Below, one piece after another: positions 63,665 to 64,000 of a stretch of DNA of 64,000 nt. Under the pieces are notes generated by a model. It saw only the letters and a list, made by a program, of their open reading frames with translations, was not told the origin of the DNA and ran no database searches. Origin of the DNA: an uncultured Clostridia bacterium. Its GTDB lineage: Bacteria; Bacillota; Clostridia; Lachnospirales; Anaerotignaceae. The translations under genes were made by a program, and so were the position numbers. The DNA is taken from positions 45,063-109,062 of the forward strand of contig CAMBLO010000004.1 of the NCBI GenBank assembly GCA_945868505.1, given 5' to 3'. Positions within the stretch are counted from its first letter, which is position 1; each line of letters starts with the position of its first letter.

Positions 63665-64000
63665 GGTTAAAACAAGAAAACCTATGGGCCCTCCCCATGG
63701 TGGTCCCAGCCCACATGTGATGATGCACGGCAAACCAAAGCATACAAAGAAAACACTACTTCGCCTTTGCAGATATCTGGGAAAATTCTGGCCTTTGCTC
63801 CTGATTTCTGTAATCTGTATCGCTTTTACCACATTAGGTACTGTTTATGCCACAAGCCTGATCGGTGTGGCCATCGATGATTATATTTCCGTATTCGACT
63901 TTCCCGGTCTTTGGAAAATCTGTTTCACACTTCTGTCCATCTATATCGTTTCTTCCATTGCCACATGGCTGTATAGCTATTTGATGCTGAAAGTAGGGCA
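63657..64000 (+). CDS. ABC transporter, fused permease/ATPase (second subunit), 3' end outside the window
   Basis: The ATG at 63657 overlaps the upstream stop by 8 nt. My own translation reads MSEVKTRKPMGPPHGGPSPHVMMHGKPKHTKKTLLRLCRYLGKFWPLLLISVICIAFT..., the typical N-terminus of the partner exporter subunit. The frame stays open to the window end. Confidence 0.75.
   Translation, partial: MSEVKTRKPMGPPHGGPSPHVMMHGKPKHTKKTLLRLCRYLGKFWPLLLISVICIAFTTLGTVYATSLIGVAIDDYISVFDFPGLWKICFTLLSIYIVSSIATWLYSYLMLKVG

Noticed and set aside
1-64000. A search for CRISPR arrays, tRNA/rRNA genes, IS elements, integrases and prophage genes.
   Set aside because: None were recognised. Every intergenic region is 320 nt or shorter, none has a regularly spaced repeat array, and no ORF has transposase, integrase or phage hallmarks.

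Overview
This is a chromosomal segment of a Bacillota (Firmicutes) genome, probably class Clostridia. The evidence is polC, an SLH-domain surface protein, Clostridium-style pil genes and the conserved rpsB-to-polC gene order. GC looks like about 50% by eye. Nearly all genes are on the + strand.

Left part (1-15.7 kb): a FecR-domain protein, a CHASE2 class III nucleotide cyclase and an NHL+SLH surface protein. These are followed by miaB, a YlbF-like protein, mutS, mutL, miaA, a PF06541-like membrane protein and a PBP5-type D,D-carboxypeptidase.

Centre (15.8-33.3 kb): a decayed relic of a hybrid histidine kinase, then a complete type IV pilus (T4P) locus. The locus begins with an uninterrupted 6.6-kb gene for a ~2,200-aa GLUG-repeat protein that has a prepilin (class III) leader. 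After it come three small minor-pilin-like genes, pilB, pilT, pilC, pilA, a further pilin gene, pilD, pilM, pilN and pilO.

Right part (33.3-64 kb): a THUMP RNA methyltransferase (-), tgt, yajC, a flavodoxin-like oxidoreductase, sbcD, sbcC, a DUF1275 protein (-), comM (-), dprA and topA. Next is the conserved block rpsB-tsf-pyrH-frr-uppS-cdsA-dxr-rseP-ispG-polC. The window ends with a DUF1836 protein (-), hemolysin III and two ABC exporter genes, the second cut by the window end.

I recognised no rRNA, tRNA, CRISPR array, transposase or integrase.

The best leads are:
- the giant pilin-like GLUG protein and the architecture of its pilus locus;
- the kinase relic and perfect inverted repeat at the left edge of that locus;
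- an ~85-nt intergenic element present twice (after rpsB and after polC), with compensatory changes in one hairpin.

All calls come from reading motifs in the supplied translations and the DNA. No database search was run.
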